A stretch of DNA of 64,000 bases from Pocillopora damicornis (taxonomy: Eukaryota), in the NCBI RefSeq assembly GCF_003704095.1, contig NW_020844152.1, positions 186,001 through 250,000 on the forward strand. The letters are read 5' to 3'. A model generated the notes under the pieces. The model saw only the letters and a list, made by a program, of their open reading frames with translations, was not told where the DNA came from and made no database searches. Both the position numbers and the translations under genes were made by a program. Of the stretch, positions 24,301 to 41,300 are shown piece by piece; position 1 is the stretch's first letter, and every line of letters begins with the position of its first letter.

Positions 24301-24970
24301 TCAAATGGAATCTACAAAGCACATTTCAATAAATTTTCTGTAATCAGGAATTCTGTTCTCTCACATACCTTGGAAGTTACATTTCATCTTAACTCATTCT
24401 TGTTAAGGAAGGCATTGTTGCATTTGAGTGGATACATTCTCAAACAGAAGGGAACAAGTTAATGTTACTAATCTTAACCTGTTTCATGCATTTATTTGTA
24501 AACACAGCATGATAATGGGAGCAAAGAAGAAAGTTTTAAGCAGTGAAATTACATTAAGGAAGGGATGCTTATGGCTGTAGATTTCACCCATACCCTGCTC
24601 CTTCTGTCACTCTGCCACAAGTATCACTGTGTTCATGAACTAAACACTTAGAAATGGGTAAACTACTCTTCAGAAACAGATTTAATGGACAACTTGCTTC
24701 ATTTACACAATCACCACCAAAGCCAAAATATCATGTTTCTGAATTTGACCCCTAAGAGGTTTCTGTCAAATCAAGGAACTTTTCTTCACTTAATGTCCAT
24801 CTGTGAGAATTGTTCAAGGAACTAGTTGTAATGTATGACTTGATATATGTTGGGTTCCAATTACTGAGGGAACTATGAATTGTTGTTATTTGTAGGAGGG
24901 TTTTGCTGCACCAGAGGAAGGTGGTAACAATGAAGAATATGAATATAATGATGAACAAGAAGAGTACTAG
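21319..24970 (+). CDS. MAPRE1: Microtubule end-binding protein EB1 (RP/EB family)
   Basis: Exons 21319-21442, 21603-21641, 21805-21911, 23021-23228, 23438-23667, 24084-24233, 24896-24970. [52 protein letters not shown] (CH domain), [16 protein letters not shown] (EBH domain), C-terminal EEY*. Confidence 0.96.
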
Positions 24971-25380
24971 ACAGAAGAGACGTATGCAGGATCAGTTGTC
25001 ATCAGCAGACTTGCCATCAACCATATTTTTTAAAAATTAAAACTGTTTCTTGTGATAACATGCTAGGAGATGAAGGGAACTTCTTCTGTTATCTAAACTG
25101 AGAGTACTGATCTCAAGTTTGCACCACTGGCTATTTTGTATTATAATAATTATTATCAAAGATTTTTCCATGTAAACTGAAGGCTAGCTAAAATGTAGGT
25201 GTGTTGAAACCCAGTTTCTGTGATAGAGAGGTAATGAAGGTTTTCTCTTCTTTTGACGTGTGAAAACAACTTGTTTAGTGAAAGATGTCGCAGCTTTGTG
25301 CTCTAAAAGATTTTTTAAGTTTTACTTCCTGCCAAAGACATCAGGTGATTCCTAAGCTACCAAGGATAACTTTTCCCTGC

Positions 25381-25587
25381 TTAACCCTTTCACACTTGGA
25401 GAGACCAAATATATGTTTCTCCTTACAATATTCATAAATTTCCAAGCAGAAAGGTGATGAGAAATTTTAAAAAATCAACAACAGCACATTGTATGATTGA
25501 ACAAAAAGTTCTCTGAACTACACTTATCAGAAATGTCTGAAAGAGTGCAGACAATTGATATTAAGAACCTGGGAGTGAAAAGATTAA
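25381..25587. mobile_element. piggyBac-like MITE (TTAA-flanked)
   Basis: TTAAccctttcac ... gtgaaaagaTTAA. Confidence 0.6.
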
Positions 25588-26164
25588 GCAGTTGAGGGGA
25601 AAACAGAAATAAAAGAACTGTCTCCTAAATGATAGGCAATTGGTGTTGAAATTGTTAGGAACTTAATGAAAACAAACTTGGAATTAAAGAATGTGCTACA
25701 TATACTTCACTCAGATTTGTGTCTGGTTAAAGTTAATCCTTCTTGGTGATCTTCATATTCAACCTCCTTGCATTAAAATGTCTTCTGCAGAAAATTATAG
25801 AGTGGTAAATGGTCTGCTGTGAATGGTTTGTTGATTCTACAATTCACCAGGTGATCCTTGTAGTATTTCTCTCTTTTAAACTAGATTTAATTTGTTTAAG
25901 ATATTTGATGCCATTCTTTGTGTGCCTTGGCTGGCAATTTATTTTCCAGTGAACATTCACAGCATCTGAAACTCTTGTTCATGTGATTTAGTAATGTGAG
26001 GCATATTAATAGATCTGCACCCAATACTCATGGGAACATTAAGCACTAAAAAAATACAAGAGTTGAGACGAGTACTATCAACAAGCATCAAAGATAGAAA
26101 CCTCCTTCAATTGTCAGAAAAAGTATTAGGAATTTGGCTGTGTCTCAAAGTCTTGTGAAATTGC

Positions 26165-26325
26165 CAATGAAGAAGGGCTAATGTTGGAAACATCAGCTTT
26201 AGAGACTCTTTTCTGAGGCTAATTCACATTATGAATTCAGTTAATAAAACAAAATTATCTGTAATAACCCCCCCTTCCCTCAACTGAGACAGTGACACAG
26301 CTACATTAGAAACTCATCCTCTTTA
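26165..26325 (+). mobile_element. Degenerate Penelope-type repeat (hammerhead-bearing family; also 38915, 60953, 61579)
   Basis: tgaagaagggctaatgttggaaacatcagcttt...cagttaataaaac...tagaaactc aligns by eye with the other copies. Confidence 0.55.
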
Positions 26326-27631
26326 AAAGGCAAACCAGTGAAATGGTGTGAACAACCTACCTCAGAGTTCTATGCCCAATCACTCTCTGAACTTACCCTC
26401 CACAATTCCACTAAGTGATTTAACCAGAGAAACTAGCAAACCATTTCATTGTCATGCACAATTCTCAGCTGTACCCATCTTTTGCATGCAGATGTCGTCA
26501 CCATTATTTGTGCAAAAGTTGACTATAGCAAGGTATGTTAATGAAACTGGGGAATTGCTCATGCCTCTATATCATCACCTAGGATGTTTTTTAATTCATT
26601 ATGATAAAGCCTTAATAACTATCTGATCAACAGACAAACCTTTACTGAATGATAAAGCTTGTCTTGCTACCTTGAGTGAAAAGCACACACATGTTACACT
26701 GATACTCGTGGACCTACAATGGTTCCTGGTTATCTTCAGGATTATTTTACAGATTTTGTTACTGAGTATGTGGCTCTTGATGGACTGACACCACACTACA
26801 TCAGAGATTTAATTTAATACTATTTAACTTGGTCAGTGAGTTAAGATCTCCCAACAACCACTTGCTCTATGGGCCTGTAGCTAAGCTTTAAAGTTAACAT
26901 AGAATGGCATTTTTAGGAGCAGAACCAAGTTCATGGAAAAAGATTACAGGTTGGGCAATCATTATGGAAAGCAGTATTTAAAACTATTTTTTAACCTTTT
27001 CTGTTTAAAGATGCATTATGTTTATAATTTCCCCATTTTTATTTTTTGTAATTTACTTATTTCATTCTATCCTGTTAATTAACTTTTATTGTAAAGCACC
27101 AAAGACAACACTCCACCACACACTGTATATCATAATTAGAATTATCTTATTTAATAATATTAAGTTCTCAGATTGATCAGTAAATCAGAAATTCTGGTAA
27201 TAATAGATTTATTTCCACTCAATGTCAATTGATAACTTGTCAACAAAATATATTAACTATTGAAAATAAATGATCTATTAGTTTGTATTCATGAAGCCCT
27301 ACTCTCCTATTTCTAAGAACTATAAATTGTGTCTATAAATGTCATTACATCTGTAATGAAAATAATATTTTTGTGATTCAAGATAATGTCTTTTACATTT
27401 CCACAGAAATTTTCATCCTTAGTTCATTTTTCCAATATTAAGTAATAAAGCAGCTCTAACCTTTTGTAATACCAAGTTAAGTTTCTCATAGTATTGTACC
27501 TGGTTATCAGACAAGTCCCACCAAAAGGTTCCTAATAAAAATAAGCTTAACACCCCTGTCTAAGAGATTCCACACTTTCAAAGAACAAGACAATTTGCAT
27601 CTATCCACTATTAGTTACTACTTGCTACAAC

Positions 27632-31971
<4,340 letters not shown>

Positions 31972-34242
31972 CTACAGAATGAAAATTACAACTTAATAAA
32001 AAATTGCTAGGAGCAGTGCTTATTTTGTCTTCTTATCATTTCATGATAACATGTGATCATCTTATGACAAACTCTCCCAACAAATGTACCCACGTCAGTT
32101 GACACCAATAAACTAGCAAGTCATATGCGGTGTTTTAAGGCACTTTCTTTTTTAAACGCTGGTATACTAATTATAAAACCAAAAGTTATGTAATTCAACG
32201 TGGCATTTATGGTAATAAAATACAAGATTTATATATTAGATGAGCGGAAGCGCAGATTGACTCGATTACTCATAATTATTCCTTTCAGATTAAAACTCGT
32301 GGCACATTCTTAACACTCCATACTTCTTTCAAAAATAAAAAAAAGCTTTCAAGAGACTTACCAACCCTTAAATTTATGCCTGCAAGGTAAACTTAGCGCA
32401 TGAGGTGTTAGCGAACTGTTTGATTAATCTTTCTAGCGAACGGATGGCCTAGCAACCAGGCCTTTAGTACTTGCAGTGTGCTGCTTATATACACAGTTTC
32501 CTAAGCAACTTAACCCCCCTTAATTCATTTGCTATTATAGGGAGAGGTAGCTGCAGAGAACCGTGGCCGATAGAGGCAAAGTTGGGCGAGACTTCAAAAT
32601 CTGAGTGAGGACGTGTAGATAACGACTTCAAGACGTGGTTTTGCGAGACAACTATATATTATACTATATACTATATATATTTACTTATAAGGCCTTTTAG
32701 TATTTCTAATCTTTTAAAAAAAAAATTGAAAACGTCAAAACTAGGTTGTAACAGGGTAAAAATGGAAAGGGGAAGAAGGAATTTGAAGGAAACAGACTCA
32801 AGCCCTTTCTTTAGACTCTGTAAAGGTCAAAAGATGATGCGTGTGATGCCATTCTACAATGAAGTACAACCAGGAGGTGGGAGGTCTTCTCTCAGTTTAG
32901 AATTAGTCACTCTAAACCGTTTAAGTTTACTGAACTTTCTGATCCATCAGGAGGTGATCACTTGATGATCAACAGGAATTGCATAAAATAAAGTCTATCA
33001 ATTTTTTTACTCCCTTCCTTGTGATACAAAAAAAAAAAAAAAAAAAAAACAGAAAGAAACCCAGGATATTGCATCAGTCTCTAATAACTCATTCAAAATC
33101 CAAGCAAGCTGATCAACAGTATCGATATCTTTCTGAACTGATCTCTTTATTAAGTGTTGACATACAACTCAATAATTGCATACAATGTACTTTAAATAAC
33201 TCTGTCTAATGACATCTCCCAAAATAACTCAACTAAAGGCAATGAATTGGCAAAAACTTAAGTCTTGTTGGATGTGGAATGTAAGATAAAAAGCCACAGC
33301 GAACTACCCTTCATGCAACAATTTTACTTTTTCTTTTACATCAATGTAGTCATCAAATTTAGCTGCACATGTTCTCTACAATATTTTCTGAGCCCTGATA
33401 ACAGTTTACAGTTTAGTGATGACCCACACTTTAATGAACTTAATGGGTTCCACTGTCTAATAATATAAATAAATAATGATTTACAATGGCAACCCAACCA
33501 AGTCCATGTCAACATAACAACACAAATCCTTTCAAACTGACAGTCAATGCTTCATATTAATGAAAACACAGTCACGTGTCATTGCTATTTCTACACAAAA
33601 ATAGTCTTTTGGACAGACTCCACAGTAGAGCTCATAACCAAGTGGGGTTCATAAGTAAAGATAAAAATTTTAAGATGTGTGGTGTTGATCCTTCAACTGA
33701 CTCTGTCTGAATTCTAATTCTCTCTTCTTGCTGTCAACTCTTGCGTATAACTTAAAGTTAGGAGAATTGGCAATATCAATGAAAAATAACCTATGGCTGA
33801 TAAACCCAACTATTCTCATCACCACTTTCTAGATGAGTTATATTTTTACATTACAAAGAGAAGTTATAAATTAACCAGTTAGACCAAAGCCCATCCATGC
33901 AACCAGATTAAAAGAGCTGAGGACTCTGACTGTAACATCAAAGACCAGTAATATAAGTTGAGAAATAATAGTCAAGTGTGGATTCAAAATAGGAAAAAAA
34001 ATTAAAAACCAAAATAAAAAAGAGGCAAATGTGGTGAACCGTTCTGATAATGCCAAAATTATACTTTTTCCAAAGCCTTAGAGACAGATAACTCAACTTT
34101 TTTTATAAATATTGAACATACTAAGTTGAGTTTCAATACATAAATAAATTACTATTTCAGAAGTTCACCACTGAGAAAATACAACAAATTCTGATGTGAA
34201 AAATTCATACCATAAAAATTGGTCATATATATAAATTATTTT

Positions 34243-37200
34243 TCAAGACCCTGGAGACTCTGTCTCCATTGACTTTTTCTGTAGAGAAAGCATCAACTGG
34301 AGAAAACGAATTATGCTATTAAGCCGTTCAAGTATAGAAGTCATCCCTAAAATAATAAGTTTGGGTTTATCCTGAAGTGGTAGTGCCGCAAGTACCCACC
34401 ACATCCAATCTGGTCCATTGTTGCACAGCTGAATATCCTCTCTTAAGGCTGGGATGGGTCCAATAGCATTCATGATGCACTGTTGCTGCCTGGATGTCAT
34501 TTGACTGAACCAAGTCTGTAATGTGTTGTGGCCAGTTCTGTTTAGTTCGTGGAGTTGTCTGATCTCATCTGCATCCTCAACCTGTTCATCCTTTAGCCAT
34601 TCAACAGTTGCTGTATGGTAACCATCCAACATACCCCTTGACACAACATGGAAACGCTCTCCCCCTTCTGTATCCACAATTGAACGACCATCAGGAAGAA
34701 AATTCACTGACTTGATATTGAGCATAGTACCATAATCTGCAAAATTCTTGTTTGAGTCATCACTTGGGACACACATGCCAAATTGCTTTGAGCCTGAACT
34801 GACACAACGCCGTAACATCAGGCGATACCGTGGCTCAAATATGTGCAAAGGACATGGAACTTTTGGAACAGCTAGGGTGCAGACAAAAATAGGGACTTGA
34901 GCATGGCCATCTTTTCCCACACTGAAGAGGAGGGAAAAGACATGAATTAAGTTCTAAGTGGTTGGTTCAACACTTTAATCACCAACTAGAATTCAATAAC
35001 TGATGCCACACTAATAAGTGAGCTTTTCTATAAAAAGAAACAATTTCAAGGCTGAAGGTACCATTAACCCCTCTGGTGGAAGCTATATTGAAAGACAAAC
35101 AAAGTGCTGCATAAAGGTAAGAGAAATAAAGCAAAATTTCCCCACAGCCAGTTCAACTTTGACTTTAATCAGGGATTAAGTTGTTAATGTCATAGTTTTG
35201 ATTGAGTAGGAAAAAAAGCAATTACAATAAAATCCATGTCTAAATTATGACTTATGCCTCATATATTCTACCAGGAGAGTGAGTTGGTTTGTTATGTTCA
35301 AGTGCACTAAGAGGAGCCTAAATAGAAAATTGGCATCACAAAGAGAGAAATCAGGTTATGTGTCAGTGAAGATGAGCTAAATTTAAACAGAATCAAGTAA
35401 ACAGCCAAACAAAAAATAAGAAATAAACAAAATTGAAGCCAATACAGAGGGGAAAAAGACATTTCAATACTACCAAGCAGACGGTTCATGAATGTATGCC
35501 TTGCAGACCTATTTTAAAGATGGCTACCTTACGTCCCGAAACAATCAATTAGAAATGTTCAGTTTTATTAGGCCAGAATGTTCTTACATATGTATATACC
35601 ATTCCCAAAACTGGTTAATTGTACAAAATAGGAATCGTCAATTTCGCCTCTTTAAATGTCAGGTTTTTCCTTTACTTTTTCGCAACACACGTGAAAGTCG
35701 GCTAATTACATAACGATCTTTCAATTATATAACCATTTTTCTTTCTTTTCCCCCAAGACTGTCGACCATGAAAGACATGCAACTCAAAGGGATGGAAATG
35801 TTTCTCTCTAAAAATAATGTGGTTCCTATCAATCGTCGCACCAGAAAGGCGATTTTACGACTCGAAAGTAAAGTAAAGTTTACTTCCAGGAAGATTCACT
35901 GACGCAACAAACTGTTATGTAATCGTTATGTCATCTTCATTCTAAAATTGTTACCCACCTCGCGAGTTTCTCGATGCTTTCTTGATAATTTCTCTTCCTT
36001 TCGTTATAATATGCCGTGAAATAGTTGACCAAAATCAACTCCAGTACTTCAGTGACTTCCATGTTTGGTACTCCTCGGTCGTATTGATCAAGAACCGTCC
36101 GACAACATGGACATTCGACGCGATGGTCCAGGCATCGCTCCAGACATTCTCGACAAAAAGTGTGTCCACATATTGTAGTTATCGGTTGAAATAACAAATT
36201 AAAGCAAAGTTTGCATTCAAAGTCATCTAAATCTTTCAATTTATCCTCGTATGTTACTCCTGCTGTACAGTTTTCGCCCTTAGATTTTTTGTTTTGTTGT
36301 CTTTCGAAGTTACTGGGAGCTTCCTCGCTGTTTGAAAAGGACCGAGATCTTTGCCTTCTCCGTTTGAACATACTTCCAGACTGACTGCTCGAACGTTTTG
36401 AACAAGTATTTTCGCCAGAGTTATTTTTACTATTAACTTCTCCACTAAATGATCTTTCACCACCATGGGCAAGGGTATTGAAGTGCTTCCCTACACTTCC
36501 ATTGAGTGCTTTTTCCTGCGGTGTCGCAACAAGTTTAGTACCCGCAGCTCTGAGTACCAGCAAAGTCCTATTCGAGTTTGTGAATTTTGGGCTCAACAAT
36601 TGATGCAAGCTCTCTGTGAACTCCCGACGGTATCGCTCGCATCCAGGCGCTAGAGCAGAGCAGCGCAACAAAGCTAACACACTCTCTTCGTGCTTGGATG
36701 AAAGAACTCCTTCGTGTTTAGCACAGTTCGCTAACACAGCAGCTTTCCTGTAGACAGTTCTTGCTGAAGTAGGGCGAAGTTTACATGCTTGCTCGATGTC
36801 TTGAAGCGCCAACTCAAATTGTTCAGTTTGGAGAAGTGCATCAGAACGCCAGCACAAACAGTGAAAATCATTAGCAGATACCGACAGGATCTTGGAAAAA
36901 CAATCAACAGCTGATTTCGCGTCGTTCTCAGAGAGATGTTTATGTCCGACAAGTTTATCCACTTGATTCTGAAACTCCGAGGGAAACCATTTCTGAATGG
37001 AGTTCGTGATTAGTAAATTCACTGAGTGTTTCATATCTTCCGACTCAAACTTTCCGCATTTCGTACACTCCACTCGACCGGTGAACGAACGCTCCTCAAT
37101 GAGGCAACTTTGACAAAATGTATGACCGCAGGAGAGGGTGACTGGCTTCAGAAAAAGGCACTGACAAAGAGAGCAAATTAAAATATTTCCGCTGCTGTTT

Positions 37201-37445
37201 ACCACTGGAGAACCTTTTCCTTCTTTCCTCTCTTTACATAGTTTGTTTCTTTGAAATTCCAACAGTGCGGTAACCAAAGATTCGATACGTTCCTTTGGTA
37301 CAACTCCAACACGGAAAGCATTTGAATAAGCACTGAACGACTGATCGAGTTTTCCCTTTCGAGCCAACAATTCTCCCTGTTCCAAAAGAGAATCGAGAGT
37401 ATTCTTTTTTGCATAACTTTTCTGGTCCCTAGACAAGTTTTCCAT
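34243..37445 (-). CDS. LONRF: LON peptidase N-terminal domain and RING finger protein (RING-TPR-RING-LON)
   Basis: Two exons, 37445-35959 and 34921-34243. CSLC..PVTLSCGHTFCQSC..C, TPR-like helices, ECKLCFNLLFQPITTICGHTFCRECLERCLDH..CPCCR, PIFVCTLAVP..CPLHIFEPRYRLMLRRC. Confidence 0.94.
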
Positions 37446-37816
37446 GAAAGTTACACTACTTTAAAGACGGCAAAACAGAGAAAGTTCACGAACAACAGAC
37501 AATGTAACGTGGTTTACAGAACTATCTGTGACAACGGGCCACTCCAAGTTGTGCGTGAACTTTTCGATATTGTCATCGTTCAACCCACGTGACAATTACT
37601 AATCCTAAGTACCACTCACGTGTAATAACTCGCTGTGTACCAAAATACGTTTCCGGTAAACGTGAGCATACAATGGAGACTGTTTCGTCTGTGACTTTTC
37701 CGCAAAGAAAGATTCTAACATTAAGTTTCTGTCTTTAATACTTGATCAACCCTTACCCTTCCTCGAAATTAAATTCTATTTTATGACAGACTTCTTTCCT
37801 TTAAGTTCTTACGTAA
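35688..37816. promoter_or_regulatory. Clustered E-boxes and D-boxes in the LONRF promoter and intron 1
   Basis: CACGTG at 35688, 37586, 37617; RTTAYGTAAY-type D-boxes at 35705-35714 and 35914-35923; TTACGTAA at 37809-37816. Confidence 0.45.
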
Positions 37817-38365
37817 TATTTTGATTTATGCATATCGTTTAAATCCCGGCAGAGCCTCGTTCCCAAGACTTTTCAAGGTCCCTTCGGATTTTTAAGGGAA
37901 GGCTCGAGGGTTTTGCAGTGTTTGCAGTTCGCTTTCACAGGACCCAGCTGAAAGAATGGCGAGATTAAGAATTCGCCAGAAGCATTTTCGAATAATTTTT
38001 TTCTTAGAGTTAAAAATTAAATAAAATAAATTTGGAACACAGAGAGGGAAAATTCCACCAAGTATGATGTCTGTAAAACGACCTATTCACGATTTACCAT
38101 ATAATTTAAAGATTTTATTACTTTAAGCAAAAGAATTCTCTACACACACAGTACAGACACCAATGAGTGTTTCTAGCCGCGGTTTACTGCCATAAAAAAA
38201 CGAAAACAAGTGGAACTATACAAAGGCTCAATAACTGTTACATGAATGTTGTAAGAAATGGTGAACGTGATCAGGGAGGGGAGGTAGGGGGGATGAATAT
38301 ACAGACTGGGGGACGAGAGGGATTAAGAGAAAAGGACTCAAGAGAGGATAGCCGTCATCGGTTCT

Positions 38366-41300
38366 TCAGTGTTCCATCTTGGTCTCTTCATCTTTTGAGG
38401 CGTCCCCGCTTTCTTCAGCTGGAGGAGCCTTTTCTTTCTCCTCCTCTTCGACCGGCTGGGGTGAGTTGCTTTTTGCTGTGCAAAAACAAGCCAAAAATTG
38501 GAAAAGAGTCAGTTGCAGTGGATCGATGCGAGTCATTCATGTTGGTTTTGTTTGTTTTGGTTCTCAGATTTCTAAGTGGAAGCATTTACTTGAAAACATA
38601 CACGTGATTACAACTTTCAGCCGTCATAAACATGTGCTATCGTGACTTGTTAATCTCCTTGATAAACTCGCGATTGGAACAAAGTCACGTTTCTTCAAGA
38701 GGTCACGCCACAAAAGGCTGTTAGGAGTAGTCACGTTTTTCAGATCTAATTACGAGTACAATCAACTAATACAGCAGATTATTGGCATAAGGCAACGTCA
38801 GAAGGAATAACAAGTGGCACGTGAGTCTCCTCGGCACATTTTCTCACAGTTACTATCATATCTTGCCGCTCCATAACGGAATGCACTCATGGAGGAACCA
38901 CACGAGCTGCTTCGCTGTAAAGAAGGGCTCACGCTCGAAACGTCTGCTTCAGAACCTCTCAACGGTGGCCAATTTACGGCTCGGTTGATAAAACCAAAAT
39001 ATCTTGTAATACCCCCACCAACGCAGCACCAATTTCTTTGGAGGCTTACCCCCATTTTACATTAAAACCTTCCTCACGGTAATGAAGATACATTTAACAT
39101 ACAGGATAAACCATTTTCCCAGGCCACTGAAGTTCCGCCTTATAATGAAAACTCGAATAACCTAGGAACTCCACAGCGTGTTGGTTTCAGGATTTGTACA
39201 ATATTCCATAAAACCAAATTGAAAATTAATGATTGTGAAAACAGGTTGTTCACTTGTTGTACACGGTGTAAGTCATAGCAGGGTTCTGATGAAACAGATA
39301 ATCGTATAAATAAAGTAACCAACAACAAACCTGTACTGGTTGCTCCATTGTTTTCTGCATTGGACAAAGTATCTCTACAGAAAAACCCGTTAAGGTACAC
39401 CATTAGAGTCTGATGTAGTTTTGCAAATTTCAAAGACTGTTAAGTTTTAATTATGTAAACCAAGTTGCAGCCAAAAATAATAAAAAAAACTTAAAACAAA
39501 CAAAGACGACAATGAAGAGAAAGGAAGCAAGAAAAATGTCTTTTAGGGGGCACATGTTGCATCAAGACTATCAATTTCATTAAAGTATTGCAGGTTATCA
39601 AAACAGTTGCCAAAAGAGTAAAAGTAAACCAGAAAAAAAAAGAAAAAAAAAATCACATCACCAACTAAACATATGGCAAAATTTAAAACATTAAAGTACC
39701 CTATGCATAGTGAAAAGCAATTACCAAGGTAGCCCCAGCAGAAAATCCAGCTGTTGACATGTTGTTTCACTGCTTGTTACACACAACTTACAGCTGGTCA
39801 AATAAATAAGGCACCCCCTTCCTTGGAATTACATCTCAATTCTCCAAAATAATCACAAACCCCATTCAATATAATCTACGAAGAATTTCCGAGGTGATCA
39901 ATACATACCCATCAGTATTTGGAGGGGCGTCAGACTCCTGTACTTCCATAGCTTCTTCTGTATCCTCTTTCCCAGTAGTAGCACTTTCAGCAGCTTCAGG
40001 ACTGCATATCAGTACCCAAAAAAAAAAAAAAATCAGGAAAGTAAATGTACCTTGAGTGTCAAAATGAGTAGAGTGCATGGCAAAACTCCTTCTGATTTTA
40101 ATTCTTACCAACACTTCATTGTTCACCTCATAACATAAACATTTAAGATCTCGAGATAAGTTAAAGTTCACAAGGCAACCAGGTGGACAATCAGACATGG
40201 TTTCATGCTATTCTGGTTAAAGATTTAATGAATGTAACCAAGAAGTTACAATTCATAGACCCAATGTTTCAACACTCCTGTCTAGCACCCTCATCAGTGG
40301 TGATCTAGTCACTGCAAGAAGAGGTCCTTTTATATGCTCACTAATTACCTGCCCTTTTGCCTTTGTTTGGAAGGCTGGCATATCCACACCACCACCTCCT
40401 TTAAAGCATGATGATGGTAGCTTACTTCCTGAGGCTTATTTACACCTCGTCAGAAAAAAGGGTAGCTCATTAGTGAGCATATAAAAGGACCTCTTGGTGC
40501 AGCAATTAGATCACCCTTGATGAAGGCACTAGACAAGAGTGTCAAAATGTTGGGTCTAAGAATTGTAGCTTCTCAGTTACATTCATTAAATCTTTAAAAC
40601 AGAGTAGTATCAAACCATGTCTGATTTAAGATCTGATGAGTAGTTCTCTGTTTCACCTGCTTTACAGAAAAGTTCTAACTTGATTAAGAAATAAAAGGAA
40701 AAAAGTGTACCTTTTTCTACTGGCTTCTTGTTCAGGAGGTGGCTCAGTTGACATCTCAGATGTAACACTAGCAACTGTCTGAGGGGACCCCTCCTTGGGA
40801 GTACTTGTTGAGCTCTTGGGTTTCTCTTTCTCCTCCACAGGGGAGGTGCTGGGTTTTGAAGAGGGTGTGTTCTCATTTGACACGGCTGATGGTTTTGAGT
40901 CATCATTGACAGTATTTTCAACACCATTTGTGACCATTTTTTCCACTGGTGTACTGGATACTTTGGGTCGCTTGCGGGATCGTTTTGGCTCCTTTGGTGC
41001 CTGTATGTCTCTTCTGCTGTCTCCTTCATCTTCTGAATCTGACAATTCTTCCTGAGGTGCAACATGTTTATCTGATGCACGGACTGTAAGGAAAAAAAAA
41101 GTAAAAAAACAGCTAGTTTCAGAACATATAACTTAACATGCCCCTCAGTGTTTAACCCTTTCACTCCCAAGATCTCATTACTAGTTCCCCTTACTCTCTG
41201 CCCTACAATTCTTATGATGTAAGTTTGGAGAATTTGCTACTGGATCAACTAATAATAACATTATTGATATTTTTCTTCATTCTCATCACTCATCTGCATT

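Noticed and set aside
38167-38645. Plus-strand ORFs overlapping the HDAC1 3' end
   Set aside because: Antisense to the last HDAC1 exon and UTR, with no recognisable protein features.
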